A stretch of DNA of 64,000 nt from an uncultured delta proteobacterium (GCA_963706575.1 CAVPNL010000009.1:262183-326182); one strand, 5' to 3'; shown: positions 40,465 to 50,300, counted from the stretch's first letter. Numbers and translations are program-made. Notes: generated by a model not told the origin, from the letters alone.

Positions 40465-40830
40465 TTATTCAACCCGTGCCATCGGCGCATATTTGTGATC
40501 GATCAGTTCATTTCTGGGGGGGCTGAAGACATCAACCAACAGCACCTCTTCATCCAGCACTTTCCATGAGTGCGCTCGGTTCGATTCAATCAGATAGCCA
40601 TCTCCAGACCCCAATAACATCTCCTGGCTGTCGTCCGGCAACCTCAGGATAATGTTGCCCTCGATAATATACCCGCTTTGCTCGGCCGTATGGGTTTCTG
40701 TCGGCCATTCCTGATGCGGCTGAAAGCGATAAAGGATCATCATCAGGCGTTTGCCGCTGACCAATTTACGGGAGATATTTTCGTTGACGGTCTCCCACGG
40801 AATTTGACGCCAGTTTACACGGGCATTCAT
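40465..40830 (-). CDS. Cupin domain protein (KdgF-like)
   Basis: THTAEQSGYIIEG, IESNRAH and VDVFSPPR motifs; start moved to 40830. Confidence 0.85.
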   Translation of the reverse strand: MNARVNWRQIPWETVNENISRKLVSGKRLMMILYRFQPHQEWPTETHTAEQSGYIIEGNIILRLPDDSQEMLLGSGDGYLIESNRAHSWKVLDEEVLLVDVFSPPRNELIDHKYAPMARVE

Positions 40831-40983
40831 TTTTAGACCATCCCCTCGCTCGACACAGCCCGCTGCACTGCTTGATAAAGCCTGCTGATGGCGTGACCCG
40901 GCAGTGATATCGCCGGTCAACTAAACGGGCTAAAAAACAGATTTGGGACTTGTTTTAATTGGATAGATGCGCTATATGTTTTC

Positions 40984-41014
40984 GCACACATGTGCATATA
41001 TTGCACATGTGTGC
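40984..41014. promoter_or_regulatory. Perfect 13-5-13 palindromic operator between the divergent RLP and AOR operons
   Basis: GCACACATGTGCA-tatat-TGCACATGTGTGC; degenerate copy at 14560-14590. Confidence 0.65.
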
Positions 41015-41085
41015 TAAGTGTGTATCCATATTGCCTGTTTTTGTCAATCAAAAATACCGATCGAATTTAAATTGGAGTATATACG

Positions 41086-41640
41086 ATGGCAAAGAAAAGA
41101 CGAATTGTTTATACGAATCGGCCATGGGAGGCCACCGGAATATGCAGTGGATGTCGCCTGTGTGAACTTTACTGCTCGCTTCAGGCAAATGGAACCTTCA
41201 ACCCCTACCGGTCGCGGGTGCGTGTTGTGGAAATGGCGACCGGCATAGACATTCCGGTCACCTGCCAGCAGTGCCAGGATCCGGCCTGCCAGGCCGCCTG
41301 CGAATTTGATGCGATTGTTTTTGACCCCAAGCTCAAAATCGTTGTGGTAAACGAAGAAAATTGCACCAGTTGCCAGGCCTGCGTCGGTGCCTGCCCTTAC
41401 GGCATTATCACAATGGATCCGGTTAGCAACAAGGCAATCAAATGCAACCTTTGCGGTGACAGTGAACCCGCTTGTGTTGAAATCTGCCCTTCCCGGGTGC
41501 TCGGGGCCCTGGATGACCCGGCGGTTGCCGAATTTAACCGCCGAAAAACCGCGGCCCTATTGGCAATTGAAGATGAGATTTTGCGAGGCAGACCGGGTGG
41601 CGAGGATCCGGTCATGAAAAAACTGGAAAAGAAAGGTTAG
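41086..41640 (+). CDS. 4Fe-4S dicluster (polyferredoxin) subunit of the aldehyde oxidoreductase
   Basis: CSGCRLCELYC, CQQCQDPACQAAC, CTSCQACVGACPYG and CNLC...CVEICP motifs. Confidence 0.92.
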   Translation: MAKKRRIVYTNRPWEATGICSGCRLCELYCSLQANGTFNPYRSRVRVVEMATGIDIPVTCQQCQDPACQAACEFDAIVFDPKLKIVVVNEENCTSCQACVGACPYGIITMDPVSNKAIKCNLCGDSEPACVEICPSRVLGALDDPAVAEFNRRKTAALLAIEDEILRGRPGGEDPVMKKLEKKG

Positions 41641-41646
41641 CCGAAA

Positions 41647-43590
41647 ATGAAGAGCGCTCATAACTGTTATGCCGGCAAAATTTTAAGGATTGATCTAACT
41701 TCCGGTTCTATCAACAGTGAGGCCTTGGACGGAGATCTGGTTGAACCGCTGATCGGCGGTCGCGGGATTGCTTCAAAAATACTCTATGATGAAGTCCCGC
41801 CGGAAATAGATCCTTTTGATCCGGAAAATTTGCTGATCTTTGCACCGGGTGCTCTTCATGGGACAGGGGTTCCGGCTGCCAGCCGGACCACGTTGACCTG
41901 TCGCTCGCCGTTGACCCGTATGCACGGGGATGGACATTCCGGCGCGCAATGGGGCGGTGAGCTCAAGCGGGCAGGATATGATGTGCTGGTGATAAAAGGC
42001 CGGGCGCAAAAACCGGTCACCCTTTTCATCGATGATGATCGCGTCGAGCTTGCGGATGCCGATCGGCTCTGGGGAATGTTGACTTCCCGGACGCATACCG
42101 CCTTGCGGGATGAAACAAACATTGCGGATCTGCAGACGGTCTGCATCGGGCCTGCCGGGGAAAATCGCGTGCGGCTATCCGCCGTTTTCCACAACGGCGC
42201 CGATAAAGGCGTTAACGCCCGTTGCGGGATGGGCGCGGTTATGGGCGCCAAGAATTTGAAAGCGATCGCCACCCGCGGCACCAAGGACATCGGGGTGGTT
42301 GATATTGAGTCCTTAAAGGCCGCTTACAAAGAATATGTGGAAATCATCAATACCGATCCTCACCCGGTGGGGGGAACCCGCTACGGGACCTGTCGGTTTA
42401 TGTATCACCGGGTGCAGTTCGGAATTCACGGGGCTGAAAATTGGAATTACGGCGCATACCCCTGGGAAAAGCTGGATCCTGAAATTTTTCGCAGCGACTA
42501 TCAGGTCAAGGCCGGCTCATGTGTGGCCTGCCCCATCCGCTGTCGCCGGGATTATCGGGTGGTCTCCGGTCCATATGGCGGCACGACGGCTAAAGTCGAG
42601 TGGGAAACGATCGCGCGGTCGCTGACCTGTGGAATCAAAGAGCCTGAAGGTGTCATTGCCTGGGCCAACATTTGCAATCACTACGGATTGGATATTGAAG
42701 GCACGGGTGATACCGTTGCGTTTGCCATGGAATGCTTTGAAAACGGGATCATCACCGAAAAGGACACCGACGGTCTGAGCCTGAGGTTTGGCGATACCGA
42801 GGCCTTTCTTGAAATCACCCGCCGCATTGCCATGCGCCAAGGCGATTTGGCCGATACCTTGGCCGAGGGCACCAAACGGGCTGCCGAAACCATCGGCGCC
42901 GGCAGCGAACGCTTTGCCATGCACGTCAAAGGCGGTGAAATGACCGCCGGTGATCCCCGCGGGATGCCGGTGCGGGCGGTGAGCTATGCCACATCCACCC
43001 GCGGCAGTGACCATCTTCGCTCCAACCCCTATATTGAAGAAATTATGAAGCCCGAAGAGGCCCTCAAATGGTGGGGCAGTGAAGAAGCTGCCGATATTGC
43101 CAACGGCCTGAAAGGCAAGGGACGCATGCTGAAGTTCAGCGAGGACCTGGTCACCATCGGAGATATTCTCGGGTTGTGCAAATTTGCCTTTTATCGATCC
43201 GCTACCTTTCCCTGGCTTTATCAAAAAGGCGTTACCCTGGCCACCCGATTCTATAATGCCTGTTCGGGTCGGAGCCTGAGCGAGGAGGAGATGTTGATGA
43301 CCGGCGAGCGGGTCTGGAATATCGAGAAGGCCTATAATACCCGTTGCGGCGCCACGCGGGCCGACGACACCATACCCCAGCGGTTTTTTAAAGAAGCGCT
43401 TAAAGGCGGGGGTCCCAGCGGGGGGACTGTGGTGGATCGCGAAAAATTTGAAGCCATTCTGAATGAATATTATGAAGACCGCAAATTTGACCCGGCAACA
43501 GGGCTCCAGACCCGGGCCGGCCTGGAGCGGCTGGGACTTAATGACATTGCGGATGATCTTGCAGCGCGGGGCAAACTTTTCGGCAAATAA
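41647..43590 (+). CDS. Aldehyde:ferredoxin oxidoreductase family protein (tungstopterin AOR/WOR)
   Basis: YAGKILRIDL, SPLT, CIGPAGEN, RCGMGAVMGAKNLKAI, CVACPIRC, AMECFENG, DPR, YATSTRGSDH and LGLCKF motifs. Confidence 0.95.
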   Translation: MKSAHNCYAGKILRIDLTSGSINSEALDGDLVEPLIGGRGIASKILYDEVPPEIDPFDPENLLIFAPGALHGTGVPAASRTTLTCRSPLTRMHGDGHSGAQWGGELKRAGYDVLVIKGRAQKPVTLFIDDDRVELADADRLWGMLTSRTHTALRDETNIADLQTVCIGPAGENRVRLSAVFHNGADKGVNARCGMGAVMGAKNLKAIATRGTKDIGVVDIESLKAAYKEYVEIINTDPHPVGGTRYGTCRFMYHRVQFGIHGAENWNYGAYPWEKLDPEIFRSDYQVKAGSCVACPIRCRRDYRVVSGPYGGTTAKVEWETIARSLTCGIKEPEGVIAWANICNHYGLDIEGTGDTVAFAMECFENGIITEKDTDGLSLRFGDTEAFLEITRRIAMRQGDLADTLAEGTKRAAETIGAGSERFAMHVKGGEMTAGDPRGMPVRAVSYATSTRGSDHLRSNPYIEEIMKPEEALKWWGSEEAADIANGLKGKGRMLKFSEDLVTIGDILGLCKFAFYRSATFPWLYQKGVTLATRFYNACSGRSLSEEEMLMTGERVWNIEKAYNTRCGATRADDTIPQRFFKEALKGGGPSGGTVVDREKFEAILNEYYEDRKFDPATGLQTRAGLERLGLNDIADDLAARGKLFGK

Positions 43591-43609
43591 AATTGGAGGC
43601 CGGGTTCTA

Positions 43610-43906
43610 ATGCGGATACGCGTGCATCTTTATCCGCCGTTAAACAACGCCGCCGGCCGCAGCCGGCTGGAGGTTGTGCTGGATGGTGATGACGATTCGT
43701 TGCAGGCACTGATCGACAAAATGGTGGAACAATTCGGCCATCAATTTCGCAAACTGCTGTACGATGATCGCGGTCGCATTGTTGGCGGCTGGTGTGCGTT
43801 TATCAATCAAAAACGCCCCGTCCATTTTAATCAACCGGACGCATTGGCCACTTCGCTTTGTGACGGTGACGAGATTTCTTTTTTGCTGGCGCTGGCCGGC
43901 GGGTGA
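43610..43906 (+). CDS. MoaD/ThiS family sulfur carrier protein
   Basis: Beta-grasp size, LCDGDEISFL and C-terminal AGG; GGAGG RBS; follows the AOR gene. Confidence 0.88.
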   Translation: MRIRVHLYPPLNNAAGRSRLEVVLDGDDDSLQALIDKMVEQFGHQFRKLLYDDRGRIVGGWCAFINQKRPVHFNQPDALATSLCDGDEISFLLALAGG

Positions 43907-43954
43907 GCACCGGCGACCTTTCCGGTTAAGGCTTGGCAGGAGTAGGAGGCGATA

Positions 43955-45271
43955 ATGGCAACCATTCAGGTTCCGTACGGTATCAAGGGGACGCTGAGCT
44001 TAGCGATCGATGGCCGGAACCTGGTTTTGGATACCGATGTATCCTTTCCCGGGGAGATGAAAGATATGGACCGGGCAATTTTGACCGCCCTGGATCAGCC
44101 GGTAGCCGGGCCTTCCTTTACCGATCGGCTGGCGGGAGTGCAGCGTGTCATTATTTTGACCGACAATTATGCCCGGCTGACACCCGCCCATATCATCCTG
44201 CCGCCGATTCTGAAGAAAATTAAGGATGCAGGCAAGAAAGTCGAAATCCTGGTGGCCAACGGTTTGCTGCGGGAGATGACCGAAACGGAGCTGAAACGCA
44301 AATTCGGCGAAGAGATCCTTGGCTCCGATGTTCCCGTCTACCAGAGTAAAGCCGGTGAAACATGGGATTTTGAATTTGTGGGTGTCACCAATTATGGTAC
44401 ACCCATTAGCGTCCATCGACGCCTGCTGGAGGCCGATCTCAGTCTGTCCATTACCATGACCCAGGCGACGCTCTGGGGTTACGGCGGCGGGGGCAGCATG
44501 ATTTTACCGGGGATCAGTTCTTTTGAATCCATTGAGTGGAATCACCGCATGATGACCTGTCCCACCTGTGCGGTGGGTTATGAGCCGCCCCTGAATCGCA
44601 TGCGGGAGGATATCGAAGATGCCACCCGGTTGGCCGGACTGGACATGTCATTGCTGGCCATCTTAAATCCAAAACTGGAAGTCATCGAGCTTACCGCCGG
44701 AGAGACGATTGCGGCGCACCGCGCCTCGGTGGAAAAATATAAAAAACACTATGCATTTGACCTGAGCACCATCCCCGGGGGCATCCTGGATGTTGCCATC
44801 ACCGGAAGCTTTCCCGGTGACCGGTTTTTTGCGCATTCCTGCTGGCCGATCGCCAATCTTGACCATTTCGTGCGGGATGGCGGAACCATTATTCTGGCCA
44901 CCCCGGCACCGGGCGGACTGGCGCATTACAGCTATGCCAAAGACTATATGCCGCCGACACCGGAAGCGATCCGGCGATTGTATGAAGACGTTTTCTACGG
45001 CAAACAGGGACTGTGGCATGCCTGTTTGTGGATGCCCATTATCGAAGCGTTAGCCAAGAAGTCGTGTATTATTGTCACCGAGCCGGAGCGTTTGCCGGAT
45101 TTTGAAACCGTTCAGATTCCGGCGGTCGATTCTCTGCAGAAAGCATATGAAAGCGTTCAAGCCCGATATGGTGAGGAAATGAGGGTTGGAAATTTTCCGT
45201 ATGGCAAATGGGTGGTTCCTGCCCGGATGCCGCTAACCGAATATACGTCACTTCCAAAGAAAGGCGAATGA
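43955..45271 (+). CDS. Lactate racemase (LarA) domain protein, non-canonical
   Basis: IQVPYG, ALDQPVAG, LTDNYARLTP, VANGLLR, FVGVTNYGTP, GYGGGGSMILPG and VRDGGTIIL motifs. Confidence 0.82.
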   Translation: MATIQVPYGIKGTLSLAIDGRNLVLDTDVSFPGEMKDMDRAILTALDQPVAGPSFTDRLAGVQRVIILTDNYARLTPAHIILPPILKKIKDAGKKVEILVANGLLREMTETELKRKFGEEILGSDVPVYQSKAGETWDFEFVGVTNYGTPISVHRRLLEADLSLSITMTQATLWGYGGGGSMILPGISSFESIEWNHRMMTCPTCAVGYEPPLNRMREDIEDATRLAGLDMSLLAILNPKLEVIELTAGETIAAHRASVEKYKKHYAFDLSTIPGGILDVAITGSFPGDRFFAHSCWPIANLDHFVRDGGTIILATPAPGGLAHYSYAKDYMPPTPEAIRRLYEDVFYGKQGLWHACLWMPIIEALAKKSCIIVTEPERLPDFETVQIPAVDSLQKAYESVQARYGEEMRVGNFPYGKWVVPARMPLTEYTSLPKKGE

Positions 45272-45278
45272 TTAATCC

Positions 45279-46163
45279 ATGAAGCTGCGATTTGAAAAAC
45301 AGGTGATGGATCTGCTCCAGGGGGCAATCGATATGCACATACACGCGGCGCCGGATGTCTATCCCCGGATTCTCAATGATGTCGAACTGGCGCTTCAAGC
45401 CAAAGAAATGGGCATGCGAGCGATTGTGATTAAAAATCATTTCGTCATCACCGCCGACCGGGCCCAGATTGCTTCGGCGGTGGCGGATTTTCCGGTTTTT
45501 GGTGGAATTGCCCTTAATCTTCAGGTTGGGGGTTTGAACCGGCATGCCGTTGATACCGCCCTCAAACTCGGGGCGAAGATTGTGTGGTTGCCGACGCTGC
45601 ATTCTGAAAAATTTGTCCGGAATAAAAGCCATGTCGCGAATCTGGCCGGCGAACTCGGAGATGACCTGAAAGGTATCACCATTTTAAATAAGGACGGTTC
45701 TCTTAAAGAAACGCTCTATCCGATTTTTAAGTTAATCGCCAAAAAAGGCGCCATTCTGGCAACCGGACACGTCACCATGAAAGAGGCCAAAATTGCCGTT
45801 CGTGAAGCCGCCCGGGCCGGCGTAAAAAAAATTGTCGTCACTCATCCGCTGGCCAGTTTTGTCAACTACAGTGTTAAAGACATGCGGGAAATTTTGGATC
45901 TGGGCGCTACTTATCTTGAACATGTTTTTAATGACACCACCCGTCAGGTCAGCCACCCCATTGAAAGAAAGGCGCTTTATGAGGGGATTAAAAGCATCGG
46001 TGCCAAGCATTGTATCATGTCAACAGACTCCGGGCAGTGGCTGAATCCGGTGCCCGTTCAGCAGATGGGAATTTATATCAACGATATGCTGCGATTGGGT
46101 TTGAGCGCAAATCAGATCCGCACCATGGTGGCGAAGAATCCGGCCAGGGCGCTGGGTCTGTAG
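45279..46163 (+). CDS. DUF6282 family metal-dependent TIM-barrel hydrolase
   Basis: IDMHIHAAPD, VIKNH, FGGIALN, VWLPT, LATGH, VTHP, STDSGQ and NPARALGL motifs. Confidence 0.8.
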   Translation: MKLRFEKQVMDLLQGAIDMHIHAAPDVYPRILNDVELALQAKEMGMRAIVIKNHFVITADRAQIASAVADFPVFGGIALNLQVGGLNRHAVDTALKLGAKIVWLPTLHSEKFVRNKSHVANLAGELGDDLKGITILNKDGSLKETLYPIFKLIAKKGAILATGHVTMKEAKIAVREAARAGVKKIVVTHPLASFVNYSVKDMREILDLGATYLEHVFNDTTRQVSHPIERKALYEGIKSIGAKHCIMSTDSGQWLNPVPVQQMGIYINDMLRLGLSANQIRTMVAKNPARALGL

Positions 46164-46410
46164 AAGTGGTTTCAAAACCCCACCTGAGGCCCAATGGCTG
46201 CGTTGTCCCGCGAATTGAAATGCTCACGTACTCACGTGTACGCTCCGCTTTCAATTCGCGGGACGCCTTGATGCATACATTAATTTATTAAGATCAGACA
46301 TGTAATCCCGCTTAGCGGGGCTTTGATGCACACATTAATTTATTAAAATCAAGACGTGTAATCCCGCGTTCAAGCGGGAAACCTCATCTGGGGCTTTGAA
46401 ACAACTTCTA
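46161..46410. mobile_element. MITE-like element, family A copy 4, with two nested ~50-nt units; its TAG end is the stop codon of the DUF6282 gene
   Basis: TAGAAGTGGTTTCAAAACCC ... CTTTGAAACAACTTCTA. Confidence 0.8.
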
Positions 46411-46469
46411 AATAAATTATACATGTAGGGCATCCTTGCCGGGGGAATAGAGAATTAACAGGACATGAT

Positions 46470-47375
46470 ATGAAAAAAAAGATCGGTTTTATCGGATTGG
46501 GCCAGATGGGAAAGTGGATGGCTTTGAATCTGCACAAGCGCGGTTTTAACCTTACGGTTGCAGACATCGATCCTGCTGCGGTCGCATCGGTGACCGCTGC
46601 GGGGGCCGCGGCAGCCGAAACACCGGCTGAGCTCGCAGAACGGACCGATTGGATATTTTTGAGTTTACCCAACACCGATATTGTTGAGCAAGTCCTGTTC
46701 GGGCCCAGCGGCCTGATTGAAAACGGCAGGCCGGACCAGATCATTGTGGATTTAGGCACCACGGCTTACATGGCCACCCTTGAGTTCGGCCGCAAGCTGA
46801 AAGACCGGGGGATTTTCTTTGCGGATTCACCGGTTTCGGGCATGGAGGCCCGGGCCCGGGAAGGCAATCTGACGATTATGTTTGGCGGCGATCAGAAGGT
46901 TTTCAAACAGCTGCAGCCGGTGTTTGGAGCCCTGGGAGACCTGATCCTTTACATGGGTGAGTTGGGCAGCGGACAGCTGACCAAACTCATCAACCAGCTT
47001 TTGTTTAATATCAGTGCGGCAGCGATCGCAGAAATTTTACCCATGGCGGCAAAATTGGGACTGGATCCTGAAAAGGTCATCAGCGTGGTCAACAGCGGAA
47101 CGGGCAAAAGCTTCGCGGCTGAGTTTTTTGGTCCGCGCATCCTGAAAGACAGCTTCGAAGAGGGTTATCCCCTGAAACATGCTTATAAGGATATGGTCAG
47201 TGCTGCTGAAATCGGTGCCCACAGAAAAATTCCGCTGCCTCTTGTTCAGGCCGCCACCACCACCTACCAGATGGCGCTGGCCGCCGGCTATGGCGATGAG
47301 GGCAAGGGTGCGATGATAAAAGTTTTTGAAAATATTCTCGGGGTTAAGTTTCGTAAAAGAGGAAATGACGGATGA
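46470..47375 (+). CDS. NAD(P)-dependent beta-hydroxyacid dehydrogenase (3-hydroxyisobutyrate DH / tartronate semialdehyde reductase family)
   Basis: [28 protein letters not shown] and KDM motifs. Confidence 0.9.
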   Translation: MKKKIGFIGLGQMGKWMALNLHKRGFNLTVADIDPAAVASVTAAGAAAAETPAELAERTDWIFLSLPNTDIVEQVLFGPSGLIENGRPDQIIVDLGTTAYMATLEFGRKLKDRGIFFADSPVSGMEARAREGNLTIMFGGDQKVFKQLQPVFGALGDLILYMGELGSGQLTKLINQLLFNISAAAIAEILPMAAKLGLDPEKVISVVNSGTGKSFAAEFFGPRILKDSFEEGYPLKHAYKDMVSAAEIGAHRKIPLPLVQAATTTYQMALAAGYGDEGKGAMIKVFENILGVKFRKRGNDG

Positions 47376-49024
47376 GCCGGCACCGCGGAAATCCGGAGGA
47401 TATTACCGAGGCTTACTATCGGGGGCTGATGCATTCGGTCGGATACCGCCGCAAAGATCTGGACAAGCCTCAAATTGTGGTTGTCAACTCCTGGACGGAT
47501 GTCAATCCGGGTCATAAACCCTTGCGGGAGTTGAGCGGCCATGTGCGCGAGGGTATCTGGGCTGCCGGCGGCTCACCGGCAGAGTTCAACGTACCGGCAC
47601 CGTGTGACGGCATGGCCCAAGGGCCGGGGCAACATTACATTTTGCCCCAGCGTGATCTGATATCGGCTTCAATCGAAGCGATGGTGCGGTCTCACGGGTT
47701 TGAAGGCATGGTCATGCTGGCCTCCTGCGACAAGATTATCCCGGGGATGTTGATGGCGGCCGTTCGCCTTAATCTGCCCACGCTTTTTCTGACAGCCGGT
47801 GCCATGATGCCCTGCCATATGGAAAACCGAACGGTTGTCACTTCGGATCTCAAAGAAGCGATCGGCCAGCGGCGCAACGCTGAGATTGACGCAGCAACAT
47901 TTTTGAACTGGCAGGAACACATTTGTGCAACGTCGGGCACCTGCTCCATGATGGGTACCGCCAATACCATGGGCTGTTTTCTTGAGGCCGTCGGCCTGGC
48001 CCCCTTCGGCACCGCAACCATGTTGACTTTTGATGCGGCCAAGGTCCGTCAGGCCCGGGATGTGGGTGAGCAAATCGTATCACTGGTCAAAGCTGAGCGG
48101 CCGCTGAACCATTTTTTTAACGAAAACAGCCTGGAAAACGGCATAAAATATATTGCGGCTTCCGGAGGGTCTACCAATGCTGTTTTACATTTAATGGCCC
48201 TGGCGACCCTGATGAACGCGGACTTGGATTTAACGACCTTCCAAAAGCTGCAGGCCGCTGTGCCATTGGTCGCCAAATTCAAGCCCGCCTCTGAATTTAA
48301 TCTCAACGATTATCACATGGCCGGCGGGGTACCGGCTCTGCTGCGGGCAATCAAAGAGGCCCTTTATCTTGATGCGCCCCTTTCGATGGGCGGAAAATTA
48401 CGGGAAGTGATCAATACATTTCCCGGGCCCGATGGCCGGGTGATCCATCGCGCAGCAAAACCACTGGATACCGCAGGCTGCTTTGCCATTCTGCGGGGCA
48501 ATTTGGCCCCTCAGGGGGCGGTTGTCAAAAAAAGCGGTGTGGATCCAAAAATGCAGCACCATATCGGTCCGGCGGTGGTTTTTGACGCTGAAGATGATGT
48601 GCGCCGGTTTTTGCTGGAGAAGCCGGTCAAGCCCGGTTCGGTCCTTGTGGTTCGTTACGAAGGACCCAAAGGGGGTCCCGGCATGCGGGAACTATCGATC
48701 CCGGCGGCGATGTTGGTGGGCATGGGCCTGCACACCTCAGTGGCGATGGTAACCGACGGCCGGTTTTCAGGCGCCACCAGAGGCCCATGTGTCGGCCATG
48801 TGTGCCCTGAAGCCTGGGACGGGGGCCCCCTGGCGCATGTTCGCGATGGCGATCGAATTGAAATCAATGTGCCGGAAAATCGACTACAGCTTCTGATTTC
48901 GGATCAAGAGCTGCAGCAGCGCCAAAAAACGGCGCCGGTTCGCCCGGATCATCCGGCGCCCGGGCTGCTCAAAGCCTATCGACAAAATGTCTGCGGCGCA
49001 GATCAGGGCGCGATCTGGATCTAA
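47372..49024 (+). CDS. IlvD/Edd-family dehydratase (probable sugar-acid dehydratase, paralogue 1)
   Basis: [51 protein letters not shown] and [11 protein letters not shown] motifs. Confidence 0.92.
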   Translation: MSRHRGNPEDITEAYYRGLMHSVGYRRKDLDKPQIVVVNSWTDVNPGHKPLRELSGHVREGIWAAGGSPAEFNVPAPCDGMAQGPGQHYILPQRDLISASIEAMVRSHGFEGMVMLASCDKIIPGMLMAAVRLNLPTLFLTAGAMMPCHMENRTVVTSDLKEAIGQRRNAEIDAATFLNWQEHICATSGTCSMMGTANTMGCFLEAVGLAPFGTATMLTFDAAKVRQARDVGEQIVSLVKAERPLNHFFNENSLENGIKYIAASGGSTNAVLHLMALATLMNADLDLTTFQKLQAAVPLVAKFKPASEFNLNDYHMAGGVPALLRAIKEALYLDAPLSMGGKLREVINTFPGPDGRVIHRAAKPLDTAGCFAILRGNLAPQGAVVKKSGVDPKMQHHIGPAVVFDAEDDVRRFLLEKPVKPGSVLVVRYEGPKGGPGMRELSIPAAMLVGMGLHTSVAMVTDGRFSGATRGPCVGHVCPEAWDGGPLAHVRDGDRIEINVPENRLQLLISDQELQQRQKTAPVRPDHPAPGLLKAYRQNVCGADQGAIWI

Positions 49025-49139
49025 TTTGACGGTGCGGATACCGCCGGCATCCAGGCTGGCTGTAAGCGGTGTCGAAACCAAGTCCTTTTAAATAGTTTGA
49101 TCTATCATCATCACATCAAAGATCGAAAAGAGGAGTGAA

Positions 49140-49841
49140 ATGGAAGTTACCCATACCAGATTGTTGGAAGGAGCCCAGACAGCCAGGGGGGTGGCGGTCA
49201 TCATCGATGTCTTCCGCGCCTTTACCTGCGCCCCTTTGCTGTTTTCTTTCGGTATTCAAAAATCGATTCTGGTTTCCACCCCGGAAGAAGCCTTTGTCCT
49301 CAAAGAAAAAAATAGCGAGCTGATTTTAATCGGTGAGGTGGGGGGCATACCGATCGATGGGTTTGATCTGGGTAATTCACCCAGTGAGATACTCAAGAAA
49401 GGAACGGCCTTTTTTGAGGGCAAAACCGTTGTGCAACGAACCTCTTCAGGGGTTCAGGGTGTTCTGACCGCCCTGGATGTTGCCGATGAGGTTCTGCCGG
49501 CCAGTTACACTTTAGCAAAATCTACCGCCCGCTATATTTTATCGAAACAACCGCCAAGGGTCAGCCTGGTTTCAATGGGCGTGGCGTTAAAGGACATTGC
49601 GCCTGAAGATGAATGGTGTGGCGTTTATATTGCCCACCTATTGGGGGTTGGCGATTACAATCACAATGAGGCGCTCAAAGAAATCCTCTATAACCAAACG
49701 ACCCAAAAATTTTTTGACCCTGCAAAACCGCACTTTCCGCCGGAAGACCCCATTATGTGCCTGCAATTGGATAGCCATGATTTTGTGCTGCGGTCGACGC
49801 GCGATGATGGCAAGGTCGTTGTGAACAAGATTGATGTCTAA
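49140..49841 (+). CDS. 2-phosphosulfolactate phosphatase (ComB) family protein
   Basis: VIIDVFRAFT, IGEVGG, GFDLGNSPSE, TSSGV and EDEWC motifs. Confidence 0.88.
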   Translation: MEVTHTRLLEGAQTARGVAVIIDVFRAFTCAPLLFSFGIQKSILVSTPEEAFVLKEKNSELILIGEVGGIPIDGFDLGNSPSEILKKGTAFFEGKTVVQRTSSGVQGVLTALDVADEVLPASYTLAKSTARYILSKQPPRVSLVSMGVALKDIAPEDEWCGVYIAHLLGVGDYNHNEALKEILYNQTTQKFFDPAKPHFPPEDPIMCLQLDSHDFVLRSTRDDGKVVVNKIDV

Positions 49842-49865
49842 TGATGAAAGGAAAAAGATAAACCG

Positions 49866-50300
49866 ATGCCGATCAAAGCTAAGAAGACACTGACGTCAAA
49901 AGGGGTTCGCATGATGATGGATGCCGCGCTTGCCCGGGCAGCCGAATTTGGTATTACGGTTACCGTTGCCATTGTAGACGATGGCGGCCATTTGCTGATG
50001 CTTGAACGCATGGAGGGCGGCCGCTTTCATACCGTGCATTCGTCCACGACCAAAGCGGTAACGGCGGCATCAAACAAACGGCCCACGACTACCAAAGGTG
50101 CCCAGGGGCAAGAGCTGGATGTCCTCCATGCCCTGGGTCTGGCGCTGGCAGCCGGTCCCAAAAACTGGACGGCGATGGAAGGCGGCTTCCCGGTAATGGT
50201 CGAAAACGAGTGTATTGGCGGAATTGGTGTTTCCGGCGGCGACTGGAAACAGGATGAAGACATTGCCCAAGCAGCCCTGGGCGCCATCGGTGCTTCTTAA
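49866..50300 (+). CDS. GlcG/HbpS family heme-binding protein
   Basis: VAIVDDGGHL, KAVTA, GGFPV, IGGIGVSGG and QDEDIA motifs. Confidence 0.9.
   Translation: MPIKAKKTLTSKGVRMMMDAALARAAEFGITVTVAIVDDGGHLLMLERMEGGRFHTVHSSTTKAVTAASNKRPTTTKGAQGQELDVLHALGLALAAGPKNWTAMEGGFPVMVENECIGGIGVSGGDWKQDEDIAQAALGAIGAS

Noticed and set aside
40860..40925. Riboswitch in the leader of the RLP operon
   Set aside because: Only a single hairpin (TGACCCGGC...GCCGGTCA) with no recognisable aptamer consensus; an Rfam search would settle it
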